From IMG/VR virus record IMGVR_UViG_3300032053_000017, positions 1-64,000 of that record: a DNA stretch of 64,000 bases; one strand, written 5' to 3'. A model generated the notes under the pieces. That model made no database searches and was not told where the DNA came from. It saw only the letters and a program-made list of their open reading frames with translations. Positions 37,000 to 46,652 of the stretch are shown here, piece by piece. Origin of the DNA: a virus. The stretch's first letter is position 1. Every line of letters begins with the position of its first letter. Made by a program: the position numbers and the translations under genes.

Positions 37000-37859
37000 T
37001 GCCGACGGGAGGCGGAGGTATCGGACGGTTGCTGCGGCAACTCGGGTCTGATGATTGGCTTGGGCGAATCATGGACTCGTACTTCAACAAGTCGTCATCT
37101 GAGAGGTGGAACCCGCCCGACTATACGGTTCATCCTAGCGGGTGCGGGAACGCTTGCGCTTTGTCTATTGAACTGAGTATGCTGGGGCACCGTGGCGCGG
37201 TAAAGGGTAAGAATCGACGTCGCATGGACAACGGCATCGCTGCCCATGAGCGGTGGACTCGGTATTTCCGCGAGATGGGGATCTTGGTCGCCGCGGAGTG
37301 GAACCTCAAGATGGTGGACCCGGTTACAAGCGGTAAACTTGATGACATCATTCAGAATCCGGGTACAGGCGACCTGTATATGGTCGAGGTCAAGACCACG
37401 AATACCCGAAAGTTTGGGGAGCTTTCAAAGCCGATTGCAGACCACGTCGCGAATGGGGTGATGCTTTACAGGTGGCATCGTGAGTGGTACCTGCAGTTTG
37501 TATTCTATCTGACGCACGCCGATTACAACGGCCGGCGATTTGAGGGTGGACTGTTCGTTGTAGAGAACACCGACAATCAGGACTATATGATCATCTATGC
37601 CAAGCCTTCGGCAGAACACATTGCCGAGGCAGAACGGAATGCGGTGGCCGCGCAGCGGTCGGTGATGCATGGCGAGATGATATCGCGTCCGTTCCAGCAC
37701 GGCGATCATGCCTGCAGGTGGTGCGACCACGTCGCACTCTGCGGGTTGTTAGATGAGGGAGATGAGAACGCATGGAGCCTAGCAGCCAGCCAGTTCAAGA
37801 GGTTGAGCTTAACGCTGAAGACGAAACCCCCAGCGGGTGGACCTGGCGTAACGCCGTAG
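36999..37859 (+). CDS. Cas4-like PD-(D/E)XK exonuclease
   Basis: HPS.C..C, G...H, GKLD, EVKT, Q...Y, CRWC...C. Confidence 0.8.
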   Translation: MPTGGGGIGRLLRQLGSDDWLGRIMDSYFNKSSSERWNPPDYTVHPSGCGNACALSIELSMLGHRGAVKGKNRRRMDNGIAAHERWTRYFREMGILVAAEWNLKMVDPVTSGKLDDIIQNPGTGDLYMVEVKTTNTRKFGELSKPIADHVANGVMLYRWHREWYLQFVFYLTHADYNGRRFEGGLFVVENTDNQDYMIIYAKPSAEHIAEAERNAVAAQRSVMHGEMISRPFQHGDHACRWCDHVALCGLLDEGDENAWSLAASQFKRLSLTLKTKPPAGGPGVTP

Positions 37860-38323
37860 AGAAGGCCGATGCGCTCGTCAAGGCGCATCAGTTTCCGAAC
37901 CCGAAGCGACCTGACGGCCTGGGGTCTGAATATGAGTTTCCGACCGATCCGCGTACGTTGACCAGCGAAAAACTGGGGGGCTTGCGGTTGATGCTGTCGG
38001 CGTTTCACGGCTACCTGCTGTGGCTTATCGGGAAGGAGGACGTTGAGCTTTCGGCGTTTGAGAGCGTGTATGACCTCATTCTTGGTGATGCTATGAACAA
38101 GATCCAGCACGAGCAGCCGAAACGTCTGGTAACCGACGTGCTGCGTGCTGTGACTATTATGGGCAACAAGACGTTGCTTCGACTGACCCGAGCGGTGATC
38201 GAGCGGCGCGCGAAACTTGGACGGCTTCGCGCCCAGTTGTCGGTCTACGAGGCGCATTTGAGCGCGCTTTCGCGTGAACAGTCCCGTCGGGAAATGGAGG
38301 CTAGACTCGGGATCCCGTCATGA
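37772..38323 (+). CDS. Hypothetical helical protein
   Basis: C-terminal LSREQSRR; coiled coil. Confidence 0.55.
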   Translation: MEPSSQPVQEVELNAEDETPSGWTWRNAVEKADALVKAHQFPNPKRPDGLGSEYEFPTDPRTLTSEKLGGLRLMLSAFHGYLLWLIGKEDVELSAFESVYDLILGDAMNKIQHEQPKRLVTDVLRAVTIMGNKTLLRLTRAVIERRAKLGRLRAQLSVYEAHLSALSREQSRREMEARLGIPS

Positions 38324-38592
38324 CGCATCTGTCGCGGAAATGGTTCCTGGGGGCGGCACACGCAACGACTCCCGTCGGCTGGCGCAAGCTTATTGATTGT
38401 AGCTCGGACTGCGACTCGTGCCCTCTGGCGGTCAACGGGTGCGCAAAGAACTGCACGAGGTGGGATACGCTGATCTGCTTTGACTGCCCCTGTCTAGGGC
38501 ACCCGTGCTGCCTAGACGACCCTAAGATGTGTGTGGACCCGACTGCGGCGGATATCGTGGATATGCCGTGCAAGGATCCGCTGAAACGGTAG
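38320..38592 (+). CDS. Cys-rich hypothetical protein
   Basis: About 12 Cys in 90 aa; ATGA overlap. Confidence 0.45.
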   Translation: MTHLSRKWFLGAAHATTPVGWRKLIDCSSDCDSCPLAVNGCAKNCTRWDTLICFDCPCLGHPCCLDDPKMCVDPTAADIVDMPCKDPLKR

Positions 38593-38814
38593 GTTTTGGA
38601 ACAGATAGCAGGAGGGTTATGATAAAGCTATGGCTGATGCTGACCTAATCGGCGCCGGCATTGCCATCGCGGGTGTTGTAAGCGCTCTCGTTGGCGTCTT
38701 TCTGCCGGATAACTTCTTACGGTGGCAATTTGACCGAAGTACAGCCCTTGGGCTGGCGCTTATCTTTGTGATCATTGGGTGCGCTACGGTGGCGCTGACT
38801 GGAGGTTTGTCATA

Positions 38815-39354
38815 ATGGGTAAGAAGAAGGACGAGGCACCCCTACAGGGCCAGGTCCTGGGGTCGACCTTGCCGGAGGAGGATGCCAAGTCGTTGGAAGA
38901 AACTGGGCAGCCGGTGCAACTTCCGAGTCTTGTTGAGGCTGTGGGCACTTGGGATGTCCTGCGCAAGGAGATCGTGGAACGGCAGGCAGAGCTCAGGGAT
39001 CTGTTGGAGGGCGCTGAGACGCTTCGGCAGTTCCTGCTCTCGTCGTATGGCGTTGCGGTAGCGAGTCTGGGGCAGACTACAGCTGCGCCGGCTGAGTCTA
39101 CGACACCGGGGCTGGCTGAATCTACGACACCGGGTCCGGCTGAGTCTACGAGACCGGGGCCGGCGGGTGGTGAGACGTATACGCCGCCTCTACAGGGTCC
39201 GATCTACGACCCGGTGCAGACAGGGCCTATGACCGAGGCGCAGGTTGATGGCATCAGAAAAGATGCAGCGATCCCTGGCGGGGACTCAGCGTCATTCGGC
39301 GCGGGCATTCAGGGCGTGCTTGATTCTGTCAGACGGACATTTGCTGGGAGGTAA
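38815..39354 (+). CDS. Hypothetical protein with PAESTTPG repeats
   Basis: GGAGG RBS; internal repeat. Confidence 0.55.
   Translation: MGKKKDEAPLQGQVLGSTLPEEDAKSLEETGQPVQLPSLVEAVGTWDVLRKEIVERQAELRDLLEGAETLRQFLLSSYGVAVASLGQTTAAPAESTTPGLAESTTPGPAESTRPGPAGGETYTPPLQGPIYDPVQTGPMTEAQVDGIRKDAAIPGGDSASFGAGIQGVLDSVRRTFAGR
39088..39159 (+). repeat. Three 24-bp in-frame tandem repeats
   Basis: ccggctgagtctacgacaccgggg / ctggctgaatctacgacaccgggt / ccggctgagtctacgagaccgggg. Confidence 0.9.
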
Positions 39355-39959
39355 TGATGGGTGAGAACATGAAGGCTGTGGGCCCTGCGATCTCGGGGTT
39401 TTCGCTTGACGTTAACACGTTGATGACCATGGAGGCTGAGGAACTGGGTCGGCTGGTGCCGATGTTCTACAGTGCTCCTGAGCTCAACGTAGAGCCGTTC
39501 TTGCGAGCGCGGCGGGAGTTGATGGAGCCTGCGGCGGTGTCCTACACTATGCCGGATGTAACCGCGGTATGGTTCGAGAGTTTTACTGGCGCTGAGCCTA
39601 CGCTCAACTACCCGGACTTCGTCAAGGGGGTGAGCTGCGCTGCTCTGGGGGTAGAACTTGACGACATTGAACTGGTCAAGGGTACCATACGGTTGCTGTC
39701 TGAGCGGGTTATGGCCGGTGGGGATCTGCCCCCGCTTGACACGCGGTTCGGGCCGGCCGTCAAGGAGTGTTACGCCGTGATCTTGGCGAATGGCGAGCCC
39801 ATAAGCTGGCGTGGACTCATGGCCTATACGCTGGGTGCATTCTGGCTGCTGGGGTTCATTATCAACCCTACAAAGCGCATTGGTAAGCGGCGCAGTCCGC
39901 TTGAGTTTGTGCAGGGGTTCATCGAGTACTACGGACGTCTCGGATACATGCCGTCTTAA
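39354..39959 (+). CDS. Hypothetical protein
   Basis: 201 aa; GGAGG RBS. Confidence 0.55.
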   Translation: MMGENMKAVGPAISGFSLDVNTLMTMEAEELGRLVPMFYSAPELNVEPFLRARRELMEPAAVSYTMPDVTAVWFESFTGAEPTLNYPDFVKGVSCAALGVELDDIELVKGTIRLLSERVMAGGDLPPLDTRFGPAVKECYAVILANGEPISWRGLMAYTLGAFWLLGFIINPTKRIGKRRSPLEFVQGFIEYYGRLGYMPS

Positions 39960-39976
39960 CGGTCTGGGAGGTCATT

Positions 39977-40636
39977 GTGGCCGGAATGTTTGGGCCTGAT
40001 CATCCCTTGTGGGATGTCTTCATCTCTTTGCGTCGTAACGGGGTGGCGATCAAGACGCTTGTCGTTATGGCCGGTGATTACGATCCTCCCTATAGTTTGA
40101 CATGGCGTCAGATTTACAGGGGTATGCAGCGTGCGCCGGCGACATTTGGGCTACCGACAAAGAGTGCTCTCTGGCTAGCCCATAAGTATGCAGCTATCGA
40201 GGGTAAGATCAGTGCCTACAAGACGATGGCCCATATCTTGGGTGAATCTCTAGAGCGTCTGCAGAAGATGCACGTCGATCTGGCGGTTGCTGATACTCCG
40301 GAGCGGCGCTATGCTTTGGAGCACACCTACATCCCAGGCGAGATGAAGACAGCGTTTGAGTACGCCCAGGTGATCGCGAGTCTTGATATCGAGATCCGCA
40401 GGGCGCTTGGGCATGATGTTACACCGCAGGGTTCACTCAATGTTGGGACCCAGAACGTCATTGTACTTGCCGCCAAGGACATCGTGGAGTTCTCGCGGCA
40501 GCTGGGCCAGGAGTTCACAAGCCTGATCAGCGCGGGGTCGGCTGAGGAGGCCGCCATCAACCAGTTTGGCAATGATAACGTGCGCGCCGTGGATGACCTC
40601 AAGGCAGATGTTATTGATGAGGATGAGGTGGAGTGA
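39977..40636 (+). CDS. Putative terminase small subunit
   Basis: Helical protein directly upstream of TerL; acidic tail. Confidence 0.45.
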   Translation: MAGMFGPDHPLWDVFISLRRNGVAIKTLVVMAGDYDPPYSLTWRQIYRGMQRAPATFGLPTKSALWLAHKYAAIEGKISAYKTMAHILGESLERLQKMHVDLAVADTPERRYALEHTYIPGEMKTAFEYAQVIASLDIEIRRALGHDVTPQGSLNVGTQNVIVLAAKDIVEFSRQLGQEFTSLISAGSAEEAAINQFGNDNVRAVDDLKADVIDEDEVE

Positions 40637-42159
40637 AGCAAGGCGCGCCCTTCGTTGAGAATCCGCAGCCCTTCACGCCGGAGGAGCTGATGGCCATCAC
40701 GCTTGGGCAGGCCTCTTTTCCGTACTTCCTTGAGCACATCTTTTCTGCATCGTTTGACAATCAGCTGTTTGTGATGGCTGACAGACAGCGTCATCCCTTT
40801 AGCTTGAGCCGGTTGCACTACGTGTGGGCAGGTTTGGCCCAGACTTACCCTCGACTATCTGTGATGGCCCCCCGCATGCACCTCAAGAGTACGGTGCTCA
40901 ACAACGCCTTCTGCATGTGGCAGCTGTTTCGAGGCGGGGGCGACTATATCGATGGGCTGGTGATTTCTTACAAGGATGAACTGGCCATGGACCACGTCGC
41001 GCGCATGAAGCGGTACTCTAAGGCTAACAAGTTCTTTAGGTTCTTTAGCGACCTCAAGCCGCGTTCTGAGCACGTGGTTGACTTCATATGTAATTTTGGA
41101 CTGGGGCAGTCTTGGGAGGGCGCAGTTGATGGTGTTGGTGTCATGAGCGCCAAGCGAGGACGCCACCCTCGTTTTGTTGTCTGCGACGACATCCTCAGCG
41201 ACTTTGCCAACCCCCTTGAGCCTGCGGCCTTGAAAAAGATCAACACTATCTTCAACACGGTTATCCAATCGCTGCCGTTGCCGGACGACCCATTGGTCCT
41301 GGTAGGCACCCCGCAGTCCTATGATGACACACTTTACAGGCTGCGGAACAACCCAGAGTTCTACTGGATACGGTGCCCAGCGCAGCCTGACCCTAATGAC
41401 CCATCAAAGACGGCGTGGCCGGAGCGCTTTGATGCGCGAGTGCTGCGTCAGGTTCGGCGGCGTGTTCAGCGAATGGCGTTCCAGGTCGAGTACCTTCTTG
41501 TACCATATCTAGCCGTGAACAGCTACCTGCCGCGCGAGTCAGTCGAACTTTGCGTTGATTCGGAATTGCATCGCTGGGGTCTGGATGAGTTGTTCGAGAA
41601 TTTGGACAACTGGCCAGTCTACGGCGGTATGGACATCGGTAAAGAGGCCCACCCGACTCACATCAGCATCGCGGTTCAGGCCCCTGATGGGACACTCGTG
41701 CAGGTATATGAGCAGTTCATCGATCACATGAAGTACAACGTGCAGGCAGTGTTGGTCAACAAGCTGATTGAGCACTTCAACATCACCAAGTTCTACTATG
41801 ACAGCACGCGGGCAGAGTTGGATGACAGGGGGCTAACGCGGCGGGCTCGCGGCAAGAAGTTCACCAAGCAACGGAAGGTTCAGCTCGCACTGCAGCTGGA
41901 GAGGCATGTGTTTGCGGGCTCAAATGAGCCGGGGATTCTTTTTCTTAGCAACGAGCGTCAGGTAAGTCAGATTTGCGCTGTCAACCCGCAGCTGAAGTCG
42001 CTAGAGACCTCTGAGGGTCACGGCGACAGTTTTTGGTCGAACGCGTTGATGGTTCAGGCGGCAGCAGATGGGCCGGGGATAACGATTCTGGGCGACGTCA
42101 ATGAGATCTGGTCGCGTAGTCCAGTTGACCAGTTCAAACGCGGCAATAGACCCGTATGA
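40633..42159 (+). CDS. terL: Terminase large subunit
   Basis: APRMHLKST (Walker A variant), RGRHP..VVCDD (Walker B), LVGTP, WPERF, GMDIG, HGDSFWS. Confidence 0.9.
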   Translation: MKQGAPFVENPQPFTPEELMAITLGQASFPYFLEHIFSASFDNQLFVMADRQRHPFSLSRLHYVWAGLAQTYPRLSVMAPRMHLKSTVLNNAFCMWQLFRGGGDYIDGLVISYKDELAMDHVARMKRYSKANKFFRFFSDLKPRSEHVVDFICNFGLGQSWEGAVDGVGVMSAKRGRHPRFVVCDDILSDFANPLEPAALKKINTIFNTVIQSLPLPDDPLVLVGTPQSYDDTLYRLRNNPEFYWIRCPAQPDPNDPSKTAWPERFDARVLRQVRRRVQRMAFQVEYLLVPYLAVNSYLPRESVELCVDSELHRWGLDELFENLDNWPVYGGMDIGKEAHPTHISIAVQAPDGTLVQVYEQFIDHMKYNVQAVLVNKLIEHFNITKFYYDSTRAELDDRGLTRRARGKKFTKQRKVQLALQLERHVFAGSNEPGILFLSNERQVSQICAVNPQLKSLETSEGHGDSFWSNALMVQAAADGPGITILGDVNEIWSRSPVDQFKRGNRPV

Positions 42160-42196
42160 GGTTTCTAGATAGGGCACGGTGAGATAGTATAGTACT

Positions 42197-42421
42197 ATGC
42201 CAAATATCAACACGAATCGACGGCATCTTGAGGAGGCGCAGCGGCGCAGAGCTTTGAGGGAACGCGCCGGCAGTCTTGCCGGACGTCGTGGCCAATTCAT
42301 CAGGTACATGGAGGATAACGGTTTTTCGTCCGAAGCCCGTGAGGCCGAACTTAAGAAGTACGAGGAGCTGGTCGAGCGTCTGGAGGAGCAGGCCGAGTAC
42401 GAGGCTGTAGATGGACTCTGA
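42197..42421 (+). CDS. Hypothetical protein
   Basis: Follows a promoter-like motif; charged helical sequence. Confidence 0.5.
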   Translation: MPNINTNRRHLEEAQRRRALRERAGSLAGRRGQFIRYMEDNGFSSEAREAELKKYEELVERLEEQAEYEAVDGL

Positions 42422-42728
42422 TCACGGCTTTCGGCTTACTTCACCTTTTGCGCGGTCGCGTGAGCGGCCCAAACTTCCAGTTGAGTTGCTTGACTTGACC
42501 GAGGCTGACTATGCTGCGCAGCTGCGGGAGTACGGGTATGGCGAGCGCGCCATCCAGAAGGAGTTGGTCAAGCTGCGGGACTACCTTATCAAGATGACGC
42601 CAGTGGACACGACGCCGACTGTGCAGCCCGGTCCCGTTAAGGGTCGGCTGTTCAATGACTGGGCGCGTGCGGCGCGGAGACGGCGGGTACGAAAGGAATA
42701 CAGCGATGACGAGACGAACGAGCGGTAA
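42411..42728 (+). CDS. Hypothetical protein
   Basis: ORF in operon spacing. Confidence 0.5.
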   Translation: MDSDHGFRLTSPFARSRERPKLPVELLDLTEADYAAQLREYGYGERAIQKELVKLRDYLIKMTPVDTTPTVQPGPVKGRLFNDWARAARRRRVRKEYSDDETNER

Positions 42729-43059
42729 GATACCGGGTGTCGGGTATGTGCGCCAGTCTGTTTCTGTTGATGCGCTCCAGATGATCGGGCGGTGGCTGGT
42801 GGTTGCGGAGGAGTTCGACAATCCGGTGCAGGCGTCGGGTCTTTTGATTGTTCGCCCTGGCACGCTGAATACTGTGTTTGGACGGGTGCTGCGTGCTGGC
42901 CCAGAGTGTGAGCTTGATGGCGTTAAAGAGGGCGATCGAATCTTGTTTGAACGGTGGGCTGGCGGACGGTGGGCCTTGAAGGACGCAGAGGGACTTGATG
43001 TACGCGTACTTATCATGAGCGCGGACTCGATTGTCGCCCGTGTCGAGGTAACTGATTGA
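42706..43059 (+). CDS. GroES/Cpn10-like co-chaperonin
   Basis: GRWLVV, SGLLI, GRVLRAGP, VKEGDRILF..WAG, LIM..DSIVA. Confidence 0.75.
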   Translation: MTRRTSGKIPGVGYVRQSVSVDALQMIGRWLVVAEEFDNPVQASGLLIVRPGTLNTVFGRVLRAGPECELDGVKEGDRILFERWAGGRWALKDAEGLDVRVLIMSADSIVARVEVTD

Positions 43060-43769
43060 TGCCGACAGGCGTATTTGAACGAACGCCCGAGTTACGCGCA
43101 CGGATTGGCGCGACTTTGAGGGGTCAGTCAAAGTCTCCTGAGCATTGTACGGCTATCAGTGCTGCTCGGAAGACATCTCCTGCGGCTGCTGCGCAGCTGG
43201 CGAGACTGCTTATGGATCCTGTGATACGGATGAAGCGAGGTACGTCATTGAGGATGAGCCTAAAGGCTATTGCTCAACGGGAGATGCTTAATCACGATCC
43301 CACAATTATGGCGAGGAGGCGTGAGTCACTGAGGACAAGTCCGAAAGCGAAAGCCCATAATCAAGTCGTGGGTGCTATGGGCAGGGCGGCCGCACGTCAA
43401 GCCCATCCTACTGGTATCGAGTGTATCTTGCGCGAGTTCCTGTTGCCGACGCTCCTGCCTGGGCGGCGTATACTTAGCGAGCACCGTATCAAGTGCCCTG
43501 CGGATTTTCGCAATCAGCTTATGTATCAGGTCGATGCCTATGTCCCGGCCCTCCGTCTGGTGGTTGAGGCCGACGGCGACTATTGGCACGGCCTGCACGA
43601 CGTGCGGGTTCGCGACTACTACAAGGATGAGTTCTTGCGGACCGACGGTTTCACCGTGGTCCACTTCATGGGGAATGAGCTCAACGCGTGGGTCGGCGGG
43701 CGGGACCCTGGTTCAGAGTTTTGGCGGAAGATAGACATCCTCTTGGCAGTGGTCAGGGAGGAGGAATAA
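43059..43769 (+). CDS. Free-standing DUF559/Vsr-like endonuclease (paralogue of 8441-9031)
   Basis: MPTGV.RT start; PTGIECILREFLLPTLLP; LVVEADGDYWH. Confidence 0.8.
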   Translation: MPTGVFERTPELRARIGATLRGQSKSPEHCTAISAARKTSPAAAAQLARLLMDPVIRMKRGTSLRMSLKAIAQREMLNHDPTIMARRRESLRTSPKAKAHNQVVGAMGRAAARQAHPTGIECILREFLLPTLLPGRRILSEHRIKCPADFRNQLMYQVDAYVPALRLVVEADGDYWHGLHDVRVRDYYKDEFLRTDGFTVVHFMGNELNAWVGGRDPGSEFWRKIDILLAVVREEE

Positions 43770-43773
43770 CAGC

Positions 43774-45759
43774 ATGAGCTGGCAGACCTATCTGCGGTCA
43801 GTGATGAACCGCGCACTTGTGCCACCGGGTGGACAGAGCCTCGGCGCTGGCCCCAGCTCGTATGGATCGAACCTCATGGACTTCCTAGGGGAAAGGATCC
43901 AGGCGGGAGGCTCGGGGCTGTCTACTGCGGAGTTTGCGCGTGACGTGATGCTGAAGTCTGCCGCGCACGCTTCTGGTGGACTCATAGGCATTAACGACTA
44001 CGGGTTCAAGGGCAAGCGCCAGTACATAGCCGACAGGCGCTACCTGCTGGACCTTTATGTCATACACTACAACAACTCTGACATCAGGACGGTGACCACC
44101 CACCTTCGGAATGAGATATTCCGGCGCGGCATCGAGTGGGAGCCGGCATTTGAGTGGAAGTGCGGGCAGTGCGAGAAGGAGTACACTTCGTCTGAGGCTA
44201 AGACGATGAAGAATCGCTGCCGTGCGTGCGGTCCTTGGCATAAGGTCGTGGATGGCCAGAAGGTGCTGCTTGGCGCGGATGGCAAGCCTGTCAGAGACGA
44301 GCAGCGACCCGATGGTCGGGTGGCAAAGACAAAGCCGGCACGACCGCCGCTCTATCAGCCAGACGAGCGACAGAAGAAGCGGTTTGAGGGTTTCTTGACC
44401 GAGGCGAACTACTTTGGACAGAGCCTCGAGACCGTTCTCAGGGAGTGCGAGGACGATATCAACACGATCGATGATGCGTTCTTGTACTTGCGACCCGAGT
44501 ACACCATCCGTGCGGAGGATCACCAGGCCGCGATTGAGGGTAAGGATGTCCACCCGCAGAAGACGGTAAGGCACATCTTGCGGCTGGACCCGGTATTGAT
44601 CGAGTATGACCTCGACTACCGTGGCATTCCCGGTATGCGCCATCATCTGTGTGTCTTTCACCGGGAAAACATCATGGAGGTCCCGCCTGAGGAGGGATGG
44701 GAAGAGGAGTGGAAGGGTAAGTGCGGTGTCTGCGGACTTCAGACGTACCCTGTCTACTACAAGTACAACGAGCAGTACCTCCAGGGTGGCTATGGATCTG
44801 CGCAGACGAAGGTCATGTATCTGCTGCGCGATGAGGTTGTTCACTGGAGTTACTACACGCCGACGGAGCTCTATGGATACCCGCCTATCCTGAGCATCTA
44901 CGAGAAGGCTCTGACGCTTATCGGTATGGACCGGTACGTCTATGATTATTTCTACGAGCGCAAGGTCCCGCAGGGGATCATAGCGACGGCGACCGACGAC
45001 CCGCAGGGTATGGAGCAGCGCAAGGCCACGATCGAGGCGCGCATGCGGCAGGACCCCCACTACATCCCCTGGATCGCCGTGTCGAGCAAGACCGGCCAGG
45101 GGCGGACCGAGTTCGTACGGTTCGCTTACAGTCTCGATGAGCTGAACTACCTTCCGGTCCGTGACGAGATCAGGGAGCGTATCGCCGGCCTCTACGGCGT
45201 GTCCGCCATCTGGATGTCCTCGACCCAGAGCTCGGGCGGGCTCAACAACGAGAGCCAGCAGCTTGTCGTCATGAGTCGTGTGGTTGAGGGCAAACAGCGC
45301 ATCTACCACGAGGCGGTGTTCCCGCCCCTCATCGCCGCGTTTGGCATCACCGATTGGCACCTTCAGCTGCGGCAGCCGGAGGAGATGTCAGAGTTGGCGG
45401 AGATACAGGTACAGACCTCGAAGGCAGCTTGGGCCAGCACTATGGCTAGTATGGGCTTCGGCGTTCGGTACGACCAGGGCAAGGACGAGTACGAGATCTT
45501 CGGCGAGGTCAAGCCGGCGACAGAGCGTCAGCAGCAACAGGGCGGCGAGGCTGGAGGTCAGCCCGGCGGTGGAGGCGCAGCGGGCGGTGGACCGCCGGTG
45601 CCTGGTACATTTGGGTTGATGCAGAAGTCTGACCCGGGCGCTGAGGAGACGGCTGAGGGCGATATCGATGGGATCATCGATGAGCCGCCTCAGGAGCCTA
45701 TGGACACGCGCGGTGAGGAAGAGGATGTTGTACTGGGTATAGATGATGACCTCTGGTAG
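43774..45759 (+). CDS. Portal protein with Zn-ribbon insertions
   Basis: Lies between TerL and MuF; D....DDAFL, EVVH, YGYPP, P.GII, RERIA..YGV; acidic/Gly-rich tail. Confidence 0.8.
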   Translation: MSWQTYLRSVMNRALVPPGGQSLGAGPSSYGSNLMDFLGERIQAGGSGLSTAEFARDVMLKSAAHASGGLIGINDYGFKGKRQYIADRRYLLDLYVIHYNNSDIRTVTTHLRNEIFRRGIEWEPAFEWKCGQCEKEYTSSEAKTMKNRCRACGPWHKVVDGQKVLLGADGKPVRDEQRPDGRVAKTKPARPPLYQPDERQKKRFEGFLTEANYFGQSLETVLRECEDDINTIDDAFLYLRPEYTIRAEDHQAAIEGKDVHPQKTVRHILRLDPVLIEYDLDYRGIPGMRHHLCVFHRENIMEVPPEEGWEEEWKGKCGVCGLQTYPVYYKYNEQYLQGGYGSAQTKVMYLLRDEVVHWSYYTPTELYGYPPILSIYEKALTLIGMDRYVYDYFYERKVPQGIIATATDDPQGMEQRKATIEARMRQDPHYIPWIAVSSKTGQGRTEFVRFAYSLDELNYLPVRDEIRERIAGLYGVSAIWMSSTQSSGGLNNESQQLVVMSRVVEGKQRIYHEAVFPPLIAAFGITDWHLQLRQPEEMSELAEIQVQTSKAAWASTMASMGFGVRYDQGKDEYEIFGEVKPATERQQQQGGEAGGQPGGGGAAGGGPPVPGTFGLMQKSDPGAEETAEGDIDGIIDEPPQEPMDTRGEEEDVVLGIDDDLW

Positions 45760-46621
45760 TCCTGGTCCTCGGTACACATTGTATCCCGGCGTGCGGGATA
45801 TTGCTCAGAGCCTCGAGAGTGTGCTCGGTGATGCGTACACCGGGCTTCTAGACAAGATCGTCGAGGATTGGCGTGCTCAGGGGGGCATGCTGACTCCGAC
45901 GCTTGCTCGGCAGATCGTTGAGAGAGAACTGCTTGAGTGGCCGATGATCACGGCGGGGCAGTACGCTGGACTGATCGACGATATCTTCATCGCCGGGTTC
46001 ATGGTCGGGATCGCAGACACGGGTGTACGCGTAGGACCTGACCATGGTGATGCGATGGCTCTGGACTGGATCAAGAGTAACCAGCATGGGTTCATCCCGG
46101 CGTTGCAGCGGTTCGCGGATGATGAGCGGAAGTTCTTCGAGGATGTGCTTGGGGACGCATACAAGGGGGTTGACCGCGAGGGTCGTATACGTCCGTTTGA
46201 CCTCGACGACATGACCAGGCGAGTTCAGGAGCATACGCAAGCCACTAAGTCGAGCATCGAGCGGGTGGTACGCACTGAGACTGCTAAGGTTACATCGCTG
46301 GGCAGGATCGCGGCCTGGGATAACGACCCTGACAAATACCTCTATGATTATCACTGGGTAGCGACCCACGACGACAGGACGAAGGACGTTTCGCTCCTCT
46401 TTGAGCGTGAGGGGCCGTACGAGTTCGACGGCATCAAGCAGCGGTGGACCGAGGACCACAATAAGCCGTGGCCGGTCATTAACAGGCACACCAACAAGCT
46501 TGAGTATCAGACATCGGCGTTCAACTGTCGCTGTACGGCGGCCAGAGCGCCTAAGTCCCCAGATACGCTGCTCGCACAGGGGCTCATCACCCATGAGCAG
46601 TATGAGGCGATGACCACTTAA
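45743..46621 (+). CDS. MuF/SPP1 gp7-like head morphogenesis protein
   Basis: RVVRTET, WVATHDDRT, FNCRC. Confidence 0.8.
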   Translation: MMTSGSPGPRYTLYPGVRDIAQSLESVLGDAYTGLLDKIVEDWRAQGGMLTPTLARQIVERELLEWPMITAGQYAGLIDDIFIAGFMVGIADTGVRVGPDHGDAMALDWIKSNQHGFIPALQRFADDERKFFEDVLGDAYKGVDREGRIRPFDLDDMTRRVQEHTQATKSSIERVVRTETAKVTSLGRIAAWDNDPDKYLYDYHWVATHDDRTKDVSLLFEREGPYEFDGIKQRWTEDHNKPWPVINRHTNKLEYQTSAFNCRCTAARAPKSPDTLLAQGLITHEQYEAMTT

Positions 46622-46652
46622 GAGGTATTCTATCTCTGGAGGGAGACTGATT

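Noticed and set aside
36999-37859. CRISPR-Cas locus
   Set aside because: A solo Cas4-like nuclease is common in phages; no repeat-spacer array or other cas genes were seen.
14732-42159. Inteins in PolA, DnaB, RecA or TerL
   Set aside because: Protein lengths are ordinary, and no C...HN-(C/S/T) splice junctions or LAGLIDADG blocks were seen.
43885-45360. Long minus-strand ORFs (491 aa here; 458 aa at 24271-25647; others)
   Set aside because: They are antisense shadows of GC3-rich + strand genes and show no recognisable motifs.
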